Position numbers and translations under genes: made by a program. The notes under the pieces were generated by a model, which was given only the letters and a program-made list of their open reading frames with translations, made no database searches and was not told the DNA's origin. Positions 49,257 through 62,567 of a DNA stretch of 64,000 nucleotides are shown here, piece after piece (positions within the stretch are counted from its first letter, which is position 1; each line of letters opens with the position of its first letter). This DNA comes from Podarcis melisellensis (Eukaryota). The stretch is taken from assembly GCA_964234715.1 (NCBI GenBank), contig OZ174283.1; one strand, 5' to 3'.

Positions 49257-49533
49257 GTATATTTTTTATACTATAATATACCTAATAGCAGTTTATCTTT
49301 TTCTTTCAAACCACATTCTTTTTGATTTATATCCTAATGTTATACAGATGCTATCTTTTTTCAGACTTTTTAATGAGAAAAACTACCAAAGAACTATTCT
49401 TAATTGCTGTGTATGGTACTTTGTGTAAATCTGGTCCAGTACATGTATGTTAACTTCAGTGAGACCAAAAAAAAAAGGGCTCAAGCTGAGATGCATTCAT
49501 GTGTATTGATATTTGAACATTTACATTTTATAG

Positions 49534-49698
49534 GGAACGCCGGAAAGGTTGACAATGCATTTGGTGGAAGAACATTCAGTGGTTGATCCAACATTTATCG
49601 AGGATTTCCTGTTGACCTACAGGACATTTCTTTCCAGCCCGATGGAAGTGGGGAAGAAGTTATTGGAGTGGTTCAATGATCCTAGCCTCAGGGATAAG
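49534..49698 (+). CDS. RAPGEF2: RAPGEF2 exon, REM/RasGEF_N domain ([15 protein letters not shown]...DPSLRDK), 165 nt, phase 0-0
   Basis: ttttatag|GGA ... AAG|gttgca. Confidence 0.96.
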
Positions 49699-49920
49699 GT
49701 TGCATTAATAATGACATTCTAAAATATGACCGTATTTTAATATACACTAATTAAACAAATTGTAAAGTGGTATTGGTTAGTTTAATTGGACAACAAAGCA
49801 GGCAATATCCCCGCCCCCCCACTGGAGATAACATTTCAATGGAGGAGTAAAAGAATGTATATAATCTGATTGGCCACCTATGTCTATTTCACTACTTGTA
49901 GCAATGCATGTAATGAAAAA

Positions 49921-50264
49921 AAAGGTAAAGGACCCATGACAGTTAAGTCCAGTCGCAAACAACTCTGTGGCTGCAGCGCTCATCTCGCTTTACTAGCCAA
50001 GGGAGCTGATGTTTGTCCACAGACAGTTTTTCCGGGTCATGTGGCCAGCATGACTAAGCTGCTAATGGCGAAACCAGAGCAGTGCACAGAAACACCGTTT
50101 ACCTTCCCGCTGGTACCTATTTATCTATTTGCACTTTGATGTGCTTTTGAACTGCTAGGCTGGCAGGAGCTGGGACCGAGCAATGGGAGCTCACCCTGTC
50201 GCAGGGATTCAAATCGCTGACCTTCCGATCAGCAAGCCCTAGGCTCAGTGGTTTAGACCACAGC
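49921..50264 (-). mobile_element. Sauria SINE
   Basis: aaaggtaaagg.accc.tgacagttaagtccagtcgc...ccgggtcatgtggccagcatgactaag...gtttaccttccc...ggctcagtggtttagaccacagc. Confidence 0.9.
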
Positions 50265-51039
50265 ATTAAATGTACCCATCTTCATCTGGACCTGAAAATC
50301 AGTTTTAAAAACTTTTGTTTGTGTTAATCAGATTAAAGTTTTCACATTTGACATTCATGCCTGACTAGATTTTAGCCAGATATGTGAAAGAGGTTAAAAA
50401 GCTTTAACTGGAGTTAGAAATGGGCAGAGCAGTCCTAGGCCCCAGCTGGAAGCAGCAGAGTGGTGAGTTGACAACCACATTCAGAAACACACAGGGTTGT
50501 CCTTCAGTGCTCAAAAAGGGAGCTTCACTGAGATTGACTGGCTGCACTTCATCAGGAACTCCCTAGTGCAGCTGGTAGGGCTCTCAGCTCTCATCAGCTG
50601 TTGGGTGCTGACAGCCACTCTTTGGAATATGTTTGTAAGCGGCTTATATTCAGACCACTAGCAAATGGACTGTCAAGGGGGTAGTTTGTAAGCTGATTGG
50701 TGCCGAAAACTGGCTTTCAAAGGGGCTTTGTGAGCTCCTTTCAGGTTGTCACCCGACATCATAATGATACCAGGTGATTTACAGGTGGACAGCCTCACCC
50801 ACTTGGCCAGTGGGTTGGAGCAAGGAAGGTTACAATACACTAGCCAGGTCCAGTTCCTCAGCTGTGCACTAAATTTATGGTGCATAGAATTCAGCATCCT
50901 GAAAGATTGTTTCTAGCCTTTAATGGCTATGAAGATAAAGATCTATTGACAGATCCAACAGGGTTATCCAGGGGAGAAGGGAGCAGACCTCTGTGATCTG
51001 CAAAGTCCCTTGCTTCTTTCCTTCCATGTTAGGCAAAAT

Positions 51040-51113
51040 ATTCCTGCATTGCTGGTACTTGGACTAGATGACCATTGTGGTCCCTTCCAACTCTACAATT
51101 CTAGAATTCTATG
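51040..51113 (+). mobile_element. CR1 3' tail fragment
   Basis: ttggactagatgacc...gtcccttccaactctacaattctagaattctatg. Confidence 0.75.
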
Positions 51114-51947
51114 TTTGGATGCCTCAATTCATGTTAGGTCTAAGAATTCAAGCAGTCACTTTCAAATTTGTGGCATTGTAGCAGAACAGGGATTTTAGAA
51201 ACTTGGAGGGTAACGGGTTCTCAACAGCACATTGTCGGAATTTCAGTTCCTGTCAAGGTCTATTTATGGATTCTTTAAACTCATTGTAACGAAAGACTGC
51301 ATTGAATTTGGTGTTTTGTTAGTGCATAGAAGTGGTAGTTGTATTGATTCCATGTTATTAAAATCTATATAATGAATAGTGGCTTCTGATAGTGACTCAG
51401 TTTGCTGACACAGCAGGAGCAATGTTTTCCTTTTGAACTAAGGTAGCATAGCTAAAAAGCATATTACAGAAACATGCAAAATTGGAAATGACCTTTAGGC
51501 CTTTTTTAAAAAGAAGAAAAAGTAACCCAAATTTATTTTTTAATCCGTTATTTTTGTAAGACAGTTAACTGTTTGGAGCCTACTGCTTCAGAAGCAATTC
51601 TTTTTAAATTGCTATCATTTCAACACTATAGTTTCATGAAGAGATATGGTGGTGTTTCTTATTTGCATAGAAGTCCTGTAGTAAAAACGTAGGATACCAG
51701 GTTTCTCTTTTCTGAAAAGAAGTACGTGAAGGATTTTGTACAAATGTGAAGCTTTATGTTTAAAACCCAGTTTCTTACTTTTCTTTTTTTTAACCTGGTG
51801 GACTTCTAGATTTTTTTAAAAAATGTCACTAGATCAGATACTGAAGTATATGGTGTTGGGGAAATGTCTAAAATAAGAAAGCAGCTGAAAAATAGTTTTC
51901 CTTGGGTTTTAAAACTGCATTTATATAATTTATATTGTTTCTTTCAG

Positions 51948-52055
51948 GTTACACGGGTAGTATTGTTGTGGGTGAACAATCACTTCAATGATTTTGAGGG
52001 AGATTCTGCAATGACTCGTTTTCTGGAAGAATTTGAGAACAATTTAGAAAGAGAG
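51948..52055 (+). CDS. RAPGEF2: RAPGEF2 exon, REM domain ([18 protein letters not shown]...NLERE), 108 nt, phase 0-0
   Basis: ctttcag|GTT ... GAG|gtatgg. Confidence 0.97.
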
Positions 52056-52144
52056 GTATGGATTATTGGCAAAGTAAGAAACTTGCTGTCCTACACTGAG
52101 GTGACTTTACATCTAACAAATGGCTCTGGATTCTCTCCCTACAG

Positions 52145-52348
52145 AAAATGGGTGGACATCTGAGGCTGTTAAATATTGCATGTGCTGCTAAAGCTAAACG
52201 AAGAATGATAACATTAACAAAGCCATCTCGGGAAGCCCCTTTGCCTTTCTTATTATTGGGAGGATCTGAAAAGGGATTTGGAATCTTTGTTGACAGTGTT
52301 GATTCAGGTAGCAAAGCCACTGAAGCAGGCTTGAAACGTGGTGATCAG
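52145..52348 (+). CDS. RAPGEF2: RAPGEF2 exon, PDZ domain start ([13 protein letters not shown]...GFGIFV...GLKRGDQ), 204 nt, phase 0-0
   Basis: ccctacag|AAA ... CAG|gtatgt; preceded by an 89-nt intron. Confidence 0.97.
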
Positions 52349-52457
52349 GTATGTAAATTAAATTTCATCAGGTTGTTCTTAGAATGCCAATAGTTGTAGT
52401 GGAGACTCCTCATCGTTATGAATTGCCAGGATTCAATCCTTTTGTTCCTCTTTCTAG

Positions 52458-52566
52458 ATATTGGAGGTAAATGGCCAAAATTTTGAAAACATTCAGCTTT
52501 CTAAAGCCATGGAAATTCTTCGAAATAACACACATTTGTCTATCACTGTGAAAACTAACTTATTTG
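52458..52566 (+). CDS. RAPGEF2: RAPGEF2 exon, PDZ domain end ([12 protein letters not shown]...VKTNLF), 109 nt, phase 0-1
   Basis: tttctag|ATA ... G|gtaagt. Confidence 0.97.
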
Positions 52567-53609
52567 GTAAGTTTAAAGCCATAGGTTTAAGTGTAACTTT
52601 TATTATAATGCAATAGTTTTAGAATTGTCCTCACCGGGTTGTCCTTAAAAGCACAAAAACAGCTTGTTCACTACTTGCCATCTTTTTCTGCAATGCACAA
52701 CCATAGATGAGTATTGACCATGTTTTACGGTGCATTCCAGAACACATCTTTAAATTGTGCAGAACAGAATTTCCACAGGCAAGGTCGATGCGGAAAAAAG
52801 ATTCACTGAGGGTAGAAAGCAAGACATCCACACTTGCAATAAATGTTTCAGTCTTCATAGTTGCTGCTTTATAAGAACAAAATGTGCAGATGTTATAATA
52901 TTTTATAACAATGCAAAAAACTGATAAAAAAAATCATAATAAGAAATGGAATCTATTTGCTGTCCAACTTAGTTCAGTGGGGTTTACTTCCTCTTAAGTG
53001 GGAATTGTAATCTTAAATTACAAATGTTCCCTTTTGAAGTTTAGGAAAGATTAAGGTCAGAAAAGACTATTGCAGTAATGAAATTTAACTTCATACATAA
53101 CATAATATGTATGTTTGCATAATGTTTCTAAAGTAACTACAGCCAAGACCCTTAGTGTGAAATGATTTTGGAAGCAGTGTAAAGTTACTAAAACTGTTCG
53201 TGGAAAATCATTCTTAGAGACCTTTGTACCTCGCAGCATTCCTCTGAATACGTTGAGACAACTTGCATAACTATTGTGTTATGGCTTTCCTAGACTTGCC
53301 GCTGTAGGATTTCAGTTGACCTTCTGGAAGGAAATATGCCATAGCTTTTTTCTTGTTTCTGACATAAACGTGCCCTTGCTCTTTAGCTGTGTATGGATTT
53401 TTAAACTCTCTTTATTAGGTATAAGGTGAACAACTTATTTTGAAGCTTAATTCTATGCCCAGGAATAGATTTTTAGAAGTATCGTTAAGTCCAAGCATGA
53501 ATTCTATTCAAATGTGAAATGCCACTTTGCTTTTCATAGCCTGTGCAAGAAAGGTATGATGTATTTCTTTTGAGTTTATTTTTCTATGTGTTTTCCATCT
53601 TTTGTGCAG

Positions 53610-53856
53610 TTTTTAAGGAACTTCTAACAAGATTGTCAGAGGAGAAAAGAAACGGTGCTCCTCATCTTCCTAAAATTGGTGATATTAAAAAAGCAAGCCG
53701 ATATTCCATACCAGATCTTGGAGTTGATGTGGAGCAGGTGATAGGATTGGAAAAAGTAACCAAGAAGAGCAAAGCCAACACTGTTGGTGGGCGAAACAAG
53801 CTCAAGAAGATACTAGACAAAACCCGCATCAGTATCTTGCCTCAGAAACCATACAA
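53610..53856 (+). CDS. RAPGEF2: RAPGEF2 exon ([16 protein letters not shown]...ILPQKPY), 247 nt, phase 1-2
   Basis: tgtgcag|TT ... AA|gtgagt. Confidence 0.97.
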
Positions 53857-54446
53857 GTGAGTGTGATGCACAGCACCGCAGAGTGTTTTCCATTATGTCA
53901 ACTCAGTCTATAGTTTTAGTGTATTGGTTATTGCCTTGAAATCTGCATCAGTATTAGAATTGTTTCTAAGATGTTTTATTGTTTTATCTCTTGTTTGTTG
54001 CCCTAGGCTCCATTGAGAGGAAGAGCAGGATATAAATTTAATAAATAATACCATTACCCAATAGCCAGTTGAATCTCTGTGTAGAAATGGTTCATGAAGA
54101 ATAAAATAAATATATCAACATTTCTTTTCCCCAAAAAAGGGGGCGGGGCTGCTGGAAATTTTATCACATCCTTTCATGTATTCTGCATATATTAAAAACA
54201 AAATCCTGAGCTTTATTTATAATCAACATTTAGGTGTAACAGTTCCAATCTTGCTGGTACCTTACTAGTGAATATGGCTTTGGTTAAAACTTCCTGTTGA
54301 GTAAGTTTGCCAAAGCAATGCTTATACTTTAAAAATCTGTAAGATGAATGGCTTATGTGGAAATCAGAAATACAGGGGGAAATAAAGCAATATAGGTCAC
54401 GATAATATAAAAGCACTAAATACTTTTGTTTTCCCCATCGTCATAG

Positions 54447-54604
54447 CGATATTGGAATTGGCCAATCTCAGGATGACAGCATTGTGGGATTGAGGCAGAC
54501 CAAGCACATTCCTCCTGCTCTGCCGGTCAGTGGAACACTGTCTTCAAGCAATCCTGACTTAATGCAGTCACATCACCGCATCTTAGATTTCAACACAACC
54601 CCAG
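54447..54604 (+). CDS. RAPGEF2: RAPGEF2 exon ([12 protein letters not shown]...LSSSNPDL...FNTTP), 158 nt, phase 2-1
   Basis: tcatag|C ... G|gtgagc. Confidence 0.96.
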
Positions 54605-57600
54605 GTGAGCCTCAAATTTTCATGGGTGTCCTTTGGGCTACTTCTGATAGGTATAAGTGGGTACAAAAACTATGTTCCTCGAGTTGGGATTTCCATGTCT
54701 GCTTTGCATAAAAATACTTCTTTTTTTAGGACACATAAATAGTCTGATCTACTGAAATACTCTGTAATACATTTGTACCATTATTATTAGTTAGCACTTA
54801 TTTATCATTGTCACTGTGCAGAGAGTGAGGGCATGCAAACCAATGTTAAAAGGACTGGGGTAATGGAAATGGATGTAGTTGTCCCTGGAACCTGAAAATA
54901 GTTGAGAAGCAGCCAAAACTAAGTAGAACAATTCAAGGTAGAGTTTCTGAATGAATATGTCGTGGGGTGTAGGTAATAAGACAGGAAAATGATTTTCTCC
55001 AACATGGAGTTAGGAGACTGATAAGGAGACACATACGGTCAATAAGCTTCACATTTAATGAAAGGCCTGAAAGATACGTGGGCATATAGATTCTCAGAAG
55101 CAGAGAGATTCAGTATTAGTGAACAGTATACAAAGTATTGCTTATTTATAAACAGGAGAAATGAAGTAACTATATTGTGTGATATTACTTTGTGGATGGT
55201 TACATACTAGTATTATTATTTTATCTATTGAAAACCCTTTTTATACCACCTGTCATAAAAATATACATACCGGGACAGTTTACAACCAAATAAAATGGTA
55301 CAAGCTCATTAAAATCACTTCCAGTATACACTGCTAGGCATTTTTCTTTGTGGTGTTTGTTTTTGAATTGGCTTCTTGTACTCTATTTATTTAACATTAA
55401 CGTATAATGCTCCCTTGAGGGCTTTAAAGAAAGTTGGGCTATAATCTTAAGCCACAATGCATACTTGAAGCTTCAGAAAATGTACAGTCTCAATAGTTTT
55501 CTTGTTACTTTGGACTGTGTTGGAGATGGGGGAGGCATTCAGGAAATCGAATGTACTAGAGCAGAAAGAATTCAACCTGTCAGAATTGCTGTTCTGTAGA
55601 GCTTGGAGGAGCTGAGTAGTGCTTAGGGAGGAACAAAAAAATGCTTGCTGTGTTAAGTGGATTTGTAAATCAACATTTCAGTATGGGGATGTTCATGGCA
55701 ATAGAGATCATGAACTTGCAATAACATTTTCCTATACAATTGTTCTGTAAGTTGAAAAAGTCAAACCCAAGCTTTGATATCCTTTTCAGTGTCTTGCCAG
55801 ACTGGCATTTTAAACCAGAGAACAGATTATTGCCTTGCCTTTATTTCAGCCTTGCTGTAAGCTTCAGGTTGCAATCTTATGTAAGATGTTTACTAGAGGT
55901 TACATTTTACTTAGTTGAATTTGTTAAGAGGAAATGTGCAGTTCAGGTAGAGGGGTCTTTACAAATTAGTTGAGCAAAGGTTTAATATATTAAGATATAA
56001 AGAGGTTCACACACCTACAAGTGCAATCATGCATGTCAACTATTCCATCTCAGTCTTACAGGGAAGCCACTTGGAGGAAAGCAATCCCCAGCAGACCTCA
56101 AATATACCCTAATCTGCACTTAAATTTCACAGTGGGTTGAGATGTAGCTGTGATGCATCTGGAGTTAGGAAGAAAGGGGGAGAGAACTGGTAGAAATGGT
56201 AACCAGTGGTTTGGTAACATGTCAACAGAACTAAGGGGGAGGTACTGAAGATGACGTTGGGGAGGATAATCGAGAGCAGGCAAGGACGTGAACGGGTATA
56301 ATGTGGTTTTATCCCTTGTTGCTGGGGAATAGAGTTGATTGTGTGATGAGGTTTGTTTATTAGTGCAGAAACCAGCAAGAAAAGAGCTGGTGAGAGGGCT
56401 GAACACTGCTCTCTCCTACAGCCTACTGTTCTCATTCACACAATAGGTAGGAGGCAAAAACAACAGAAACTGCCAGCTTCATTTCAACAAAAGGCAGCTG
56501 TGGGTTTTGTGTGTGTGTCTGGCTTTGCAAAACATGGATCCCGCCCCACCCCGTAGGTGAAAATAGCAGGGGAATAAGGGACTTTATTTGGGGCAAGGGT
56601 TAAATCTGTACCCATACTTTACATCATACTACATTTTTATGATTTCTAGTGCTACGTTTTTTATTTGAGATTAACTGCAATAAGTAAAAATAACTTGCTT
56701 ATGGCATCCATTTCACCTCCAATATAAACCTCTCCCCTTTTGCTGTTCCTTGTTTGAATTGTTTCATTTTTCTAGATTGCCATTGTCAATCACCCAACGT
56801 ATACAGTATTTTAAGAGGAAGGAAAGGAAGGAAACTGAATTTTTGTGTTTGTTGACCGATGAATAATTGGTAAAAACCTGATGACACAACCTTTTCTTGA
56901 TTGTTTACATAATTACTTCAAAAAACAGAGTTTTGAAGAAACATTAAGTTATTGGTTGACCTGGACACCTTCCTTTCAGTTTGAAACAATAATATTTGAT
57001 AAGTGCTAAGAAATAAAGGTCCATCACCACCCAGTCATTTTATAGCAAGCTAAAAAATTGGGGCCATACAGGCACTAATGAGTATTTAGAGTGTCTTGTA
57101 GGGCAACTACTGAGGCAGGCATACTTTGGTTTATGAGCTCATAATGACTTAAAATGAAGGTTACTTAATCACTCATGCCCTCTCCTATTTGAAGTTGGCT
57201 TGGTTCAGTGTACTATGGTTAATAAAAAAAATACAGTTTGTAATTTTCTATTTTCTATTTTCATGTCCCCATTGGAATGGAGGGAGGGGCAAGCTTGAGA
57301 TTCATTCATTTAAGAATAAACTGCAATTTAGTAGCATGTCAGTATGCAGTCAGGAGTATCAAAGCTGAATGCACTGATTATATACTTTGTGGTTAGCAAT
57401 TTATAAACGTTTACGGCACAAAGCCAGCATGTTGATCCATTTTGCTTTGCTTGGAAATGACTTCTGATCATTGGCAGAAAAAAGAATGATGATCCAAAAG
57501 AAGGATAGTGACTAGAACAGTTTCACAGGAGCAAGATGGCAACTAAAGAAAATTAAGTGTGTATCTGTTCCTATTCAGAAACTGACTGAAAAATAAATAA

Positions 57601-57656
57601 TTTTACTCTATTATATGGTTTATATGCTGTAATAGGATTTCCCCCCCTCCCTACAG

Positions 57657-57897
57657 ATTTACCAGACCAGGTTCTGAGGGTTTTTAAGGCAGACCAACAA
57701 AGCCGCTACATTATGATCAGTAAGGACACAACTGCAAAGGAAGTGGTTATTCAAGCAATCCGAGAATTTGCTCTAACCACCACCCCAGATGCATATTCTT
57801 TATGTGAAGTTTCAGTCACTCCAGAGGGAGTAATCAAGCAGAGGAGGCTTCCAGATCAACTTTCCAAGCTTGCTGACAGAATACAGCTTAGTGGAAG
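57657..57897 (+). CDS. RAPGEF2: RAPGEF2 exon, Ras-association (RA) domain ([15 protein letters not shown]...RIQLSG), 241 nt, phase 1-2
   Basis: ccctacag|AT ... AG|gtgaga. Confidence 0.97.
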
Positions 57898-58052
57898 GTG
57901 AGACTCGTACATCATCTGTCATTTCAGAATATAATTGAATGTACTTCTTAAATATACTGATTTTTAAATTCTAAACAAGCTACCTTTGCTTTCCATTACT
58001 ATTAGTGTTTTCATTTCTAGAAAACTTTATTCCCTCTTCCCCCCTCTCCCAG

Positions 58053-58436
58053 GTATTATCTGAAGAACAACATGGAGACAGAAACCTTGTGTTCAGATGA
58101 AGATGCTCAGGAATTGCTGAGAGAGAGTCAAATTTCTTTATTGCAACTCAGTACTGTTGAGGTGGCAACCCAACTCTCTATGCGTAACTTTGAACTGTTC
58201 CGTAACATTGAACCTACAGAATACATAGATGACTTGTTTAAACTGAAATCTAAGTTTAGCTGTACTAACTTGAAAAAGTTTGAAGAAGTAATAAACCAAG
58301 AAACCTTTTGGGTGGCATCTGAGATTCTGCGAGAAACCAACCAGCTGAAAAGGATGAAGATAATTAAGCACTTCATTAAGATAGCATTGCACTGCAGGGA
58401 ATGCAAGAACTTCAACTCCATGTTTGCAATAATAAG
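58053..58436 (+). CDS. RAPGEF2: RAPGEF2 exon, CDC25/RasGEF domain start ([11 protein letters not shown]...[10 protein letters not shown]), 384 nt, phase 2-2
   Basis: ctcccag|G ... AG|gtaaac; overlaps ORF 58072..58440. Confidence 0.98.
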
Positions 58437-61292
58437 GTAAACAAGACTAGATCACCCCCCCCAATGATTTTGCATACAGTTTATAAGAAGTAAAGTGTAA
58501 ATAGCTGCTTCATAATGATGATACTAAATTTTAAGAAAAATACTATGTGTACATTTTACTGTTTTATGAATTAGTAATTCAATACTACAATAGTCGTATT
58601 TCATTAACTTAACAGTCCTCAGCAGCAGCTTTAGACAAAATCCTAATCCAAAAAGAGCAAGACTGGTTGAAAGGCTAGAGGATTCTTCCATGAAAAGCTG
58701 TTTAAATTAGCATTGCAAGCTTGTCATTGCTAACATCATAATGATATATCTGATGAAAGTAGACTCTACTCCATGATCACGTGTGTCATTATAAATGTAT
58801 TAGTCTTTGTTGTGTTTGTCATTTTTATAAGCATTTGTTATCTCTAGAAATCAAAATATCCTTTGGAACAGACTTGGAAAAAGCAAAATTACAAAAGAAG
58901 TCATTTATCTATCTCTGTTTCCACTTAGTATGCAACTATGGAGCATGTTTTATGTGTGAAAGACTGCACAGTCCTTTATGAATCCAATTCCATAAATCCA
59001 TAAATTTAGTATTATTTAAAAGGTTTGCATGTTGGCATGCAAAATCCCAGTTATAGGTTACACAGGTTTTTAACTTAATGCAGTAGAAGCTAATTGTTAG
59101 ACTGTTGGTGGTACAAGGCAGCCTTAAATCGTTGGTTCTCCTCCTTCCTACCCCCACAAAAAGTACACTTCTGAATTTTCCAGTTACCTTCCTTTTGAAA
59201 GGGTCGTTTCAAAACAGATTGTCACTTTGTATGAAGCACATTTGGTTGTTGTTTAGGCCTCATGTGAGCCTGCTTTTCAGCTTTTGAATGCAATTACAAT
59301 CCCTAGACTGTATTTGAAGGCTTCCTTGGTAAGGAAACCTTTGCTTTGTTGCATTTATTAGCATTTTCAGCAAGTATTGATAGCATTGGACATATTACCA
59401 TTTGCAACTAGCAGGCGATGTAGAGGGACTTCTGGGACGACGCAACAGCACTCTTCCCTCCCTGGCACCGCTGTGCCAGCCCTCAGTTTCCCTTCCCTCA
59501 GGTGAATTCCTTTGGGGAAAACAGGTTGCAAACAAACTTTATTATAACAGATGTAAACAAGGAGTTTTTGGTTCTTTTTCTTCCACAGAAATATATCAAA
59601 CTGAGGTTATTCATGGCACAGTGCTGTTGCTTTTTATTAAAACGTATACTGTTTCAAGTTATAGGCTGTATGCTGTTGAGGCTTAAGGTTACTTTCTTTT
59701 ACACATCTTTCATAGATCAGACTTTTCCACACACACCTCAGGAATTTAGGATTTTAACTGGACTGTTTCCTTACAGATCCCCAAATCCTCTTTGGCCTGG
59801 GAATCACTACTGCCCTTTCATGTCAGAGTATTCCCTCTGAGGACCCTTTTTCCTGTAAACACCATGGGAGACTGTGCCTTTTCTATTTTAACAGTGTTCT
59901 GCGATTCAGAACCTTTAGAGCATATACTGAGAGTTCTCGGTTCTCCTCAGCTCTACCAACTGTCAGAACGAACCCTCCTGACAGAATCCCCCTCACAGAC
60001 CGAAATCCCTCTCTCAAGCACTCCTCACTCTACAACTTCATGCCATTTCTACTAAACCTTCCTGTAGTCTGATATGTGAACATAGGCAAGATAGGTATTT
60101 TTAATCAGTACACTCAGGACGCCCACTTTTCTTACAGTGCTGATGCTCCTTTGCCTTTTCACTATGGGTGACAGTTATTTCGGAAAGTTATATTTGGCAT
60201 CAATTTAGAAAAGACTGGGCATGGAACCCTGTGATTTGGGGGCATTATTGATAGAGTTCCAACCCAGGAATTCTTTTAACCAACTCAAATTAAGTAAAAT
60301 AAGTTACATTGTCTGCCTGGATTTGAGACTGGTCACTTTCATGCCTTGTTAAATTTCATGCCTCTGTGTTAAATTACTGTAACTTATTCTGCTAATATAC
60401 TTGATGAAACTTGATTTGGGGATCAAAGGTGGTCAATAATCTCAGGCACCAGTGCTCCAGATAAAAATAATTAATGAAAAGGGAAACTAATATTTGTTGT
60501 GAAGGGCAGTAAGATTAAGGCATCTGAGAAAGAAAAGTAGATTTGATAGTTGGTGGCCTCTGTAAAAATTTGTTTGCAGCTCTAAAACATTTAATGTTAG
60601 GATCATTGACTTCAGACATTTTTGTTGACCATTTCAACTAACTATGGAAAGCAAGGCTGAATGTCAGATATCTATGTCTCGGACAACAGAGGGCTTTTAT
60701 AATCAATATCACCAGTGCATCCAAATGAGCTGGTTGTGTCTCTTCTAAACCTCTGGTAATAACATGCTTCTTTTGCTAGTATACTAAGGGAATGACTCAC
60801 AGCATTTTACAGCTGCAGTTTCTGAATAGACTTTACTGTATTACTCATTACAATACTTCCATCTGGCAGTAACAAACACTTACTGATCATCATAGCCACA
60901 TCTTTGTACTAAAAATGGTCCTTGTTTATAGAAGTGTCTGTTGCTCCAACAGAGTTTGGAAAGCAATGTTGTAATAGATCTGAGAACACTTTTGGTAAGA
61001 CAGGAAAGCCATACCACTGCTGCCATAATCTTTTGATGATTCTTCAACTCACAAATATTGCTTGAACATTGCAGTTCAGAAAAGACCTACAATTTTATGG
61101 TGCATAATCTCTGAAAGCAGTGTTTTTGTTTACCAGTGTCTACATTTGTCAGTTGCTAAATATGATATGATATGCATTTAGTTTTACTTCAGAAGATTGT
61201 ATACAGGAACATATGTTTAGGATGCTGCTAATGCAGGTTTCATTTTGAACAGAGATTAAAACCCTCAACATCTTTTAAAATTCATTCTTTAG

Positions 61293-61504
61293 TGGCCTAA
61301 ACTTAGCTCCAGTTGCAAGACTACGAACTACTTGGGAAAAACTTCCAAGCAAATATGAAAAATTGTTTCAAGATCTTCAGGATTTATTTGATCCATCTAG
61401 GAACATGGCAAAATATCGCAATGTCCTGAATAGCCAAAATCTACAGCCTCCTATTATTCCATTGTTCCCTGTAATCAAAAAGGACCTTACGTTCCTCCAT
61501 GAAG
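61293..61504 (+). CDS. RAPGEF2: RAPGEF2 exon, RasGEF domain ([15 protein letters not shown]...KKDLTFLHE), 212 nt, phase 2-1
   Basis: tctttag|T ... G|gtaaat. Confidence 0.97.
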
Positions 61505-61626
61505 GTAAATGTTGCAAGTGTTTTTTCTGTATGGAATCTTTGGTGATGGCAACATGTGTGTTTTTACTTTCACTGACCAATGGCAGAGTACTATAGTTAT
61601 TGCCTATCATTCTTTTGGCAATGTAG

Positions 61627-61750
61627 GAAATGATTCCAAAGTGGAAGGTTTGGTCAATTTTGAGAAATTACGAATGATCGCAAAAGAGATTCGCCATGTG
61701 GGTCGAATGGCTTCTGTTAACATGGATCCTGCTTTAATGTTCAGGACTAG
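61627..61750 (+). CDS. RAPGEF2: RAPGEF2 exon, RasGEF domain ([17 protein letters not shown]...ALMFRT), 124 nt, phase 1-2
   Basis: atgtag|GA ... AG|gtgagt. Confidence 0.97.
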
Positions 61751-62371
61751 GTGAGTTCTTTTGACCAAAGACTAACGCACTTGAAGTGTGAAATAAAAAC
61801 CATTGAGCTAAGATCGTCTTGTGTTACAGATACATACTTTATACTTGGCTAATGTTTAATGCTTGCATTCAGAGAACAAGGGTAAGACATAGAATTGTCT
61901 TTATTTCTCCAGCTAATTAGCTGCAAGTTATTTGACAGCAATCAGATATTCTCTTTATATATCAGCCTGAAAGTAAGCAGTTGTCTTTTCATCAAGATGA
62001 GTAACACATTTCATCTGTGTTGTCTTCTTGATATCTACGCCAAGCTTCCTAAAGTTCATGACAAATGAGCATTGCCCAATCATAGCAAGTAGACCCTGCT
62101 TGCTTTTTACCCAGAATTTGATTCTTCCTCACCATTCTACGCAACACTTTTTCTTACAATGGTTTTGTTTGATTTCTACATATGTGCATTCATGAAGGAT
62201 ATTCTACTATTACAAATATACTGCTAACACAAATGAATTCAAACACAAACATACATGAGATTTGTTTTGATCTTAGATATGTATTTTGTTCTTGCATTAC
62301 AAGTTATTTGGGCTTTTGTGCCAATAGTGAGTTCTAAATAAGATAACCATGTTTCCTTTTAAACTCATATG

Positions 62372-62567
62372 AACACATAGGAGGATGCCTTATACTGTCA
62401 GACCATTGGTCTATCTAGCTTAGAACTGCCTACACTGACTAGCAGTGGCTGTCCAGTATTTTAGGCAGGGCTCTCTTCCCAACCCTGCCTGTCAGTGCCA
62501 AGGATTGGACCTGGGGCTTTCTGCATGCAAAGCAGATGATCTACCACTGAGCTACAGACCTTTCCCC
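62372..62567 (-). mobile_element. Squam3-like tRNA-derived SINE, near full length
   Basis: The minus strand reads GGGGAAAGGTCTGTAGCTCAGTGGTAGA (A box)...GGTCCAATCC (B box) and ends in a CR1-like tail gtataaggcatcctcctatgtg. Confidence 0.8.

Noticed and set aside
58128-58421. Antisense ORFs over RasGEF exons (also 52063..52320 and 61377..61610)
   Set aside because: Shadow ORFs of the sense coding exons with no independent support.
62490-62567. tRNA-like sequence on the minus strand
   Set aside because: It is the head of a SINE: degenerate stems, continuous with a CR1-like tail. Not a functional tRNA gene.
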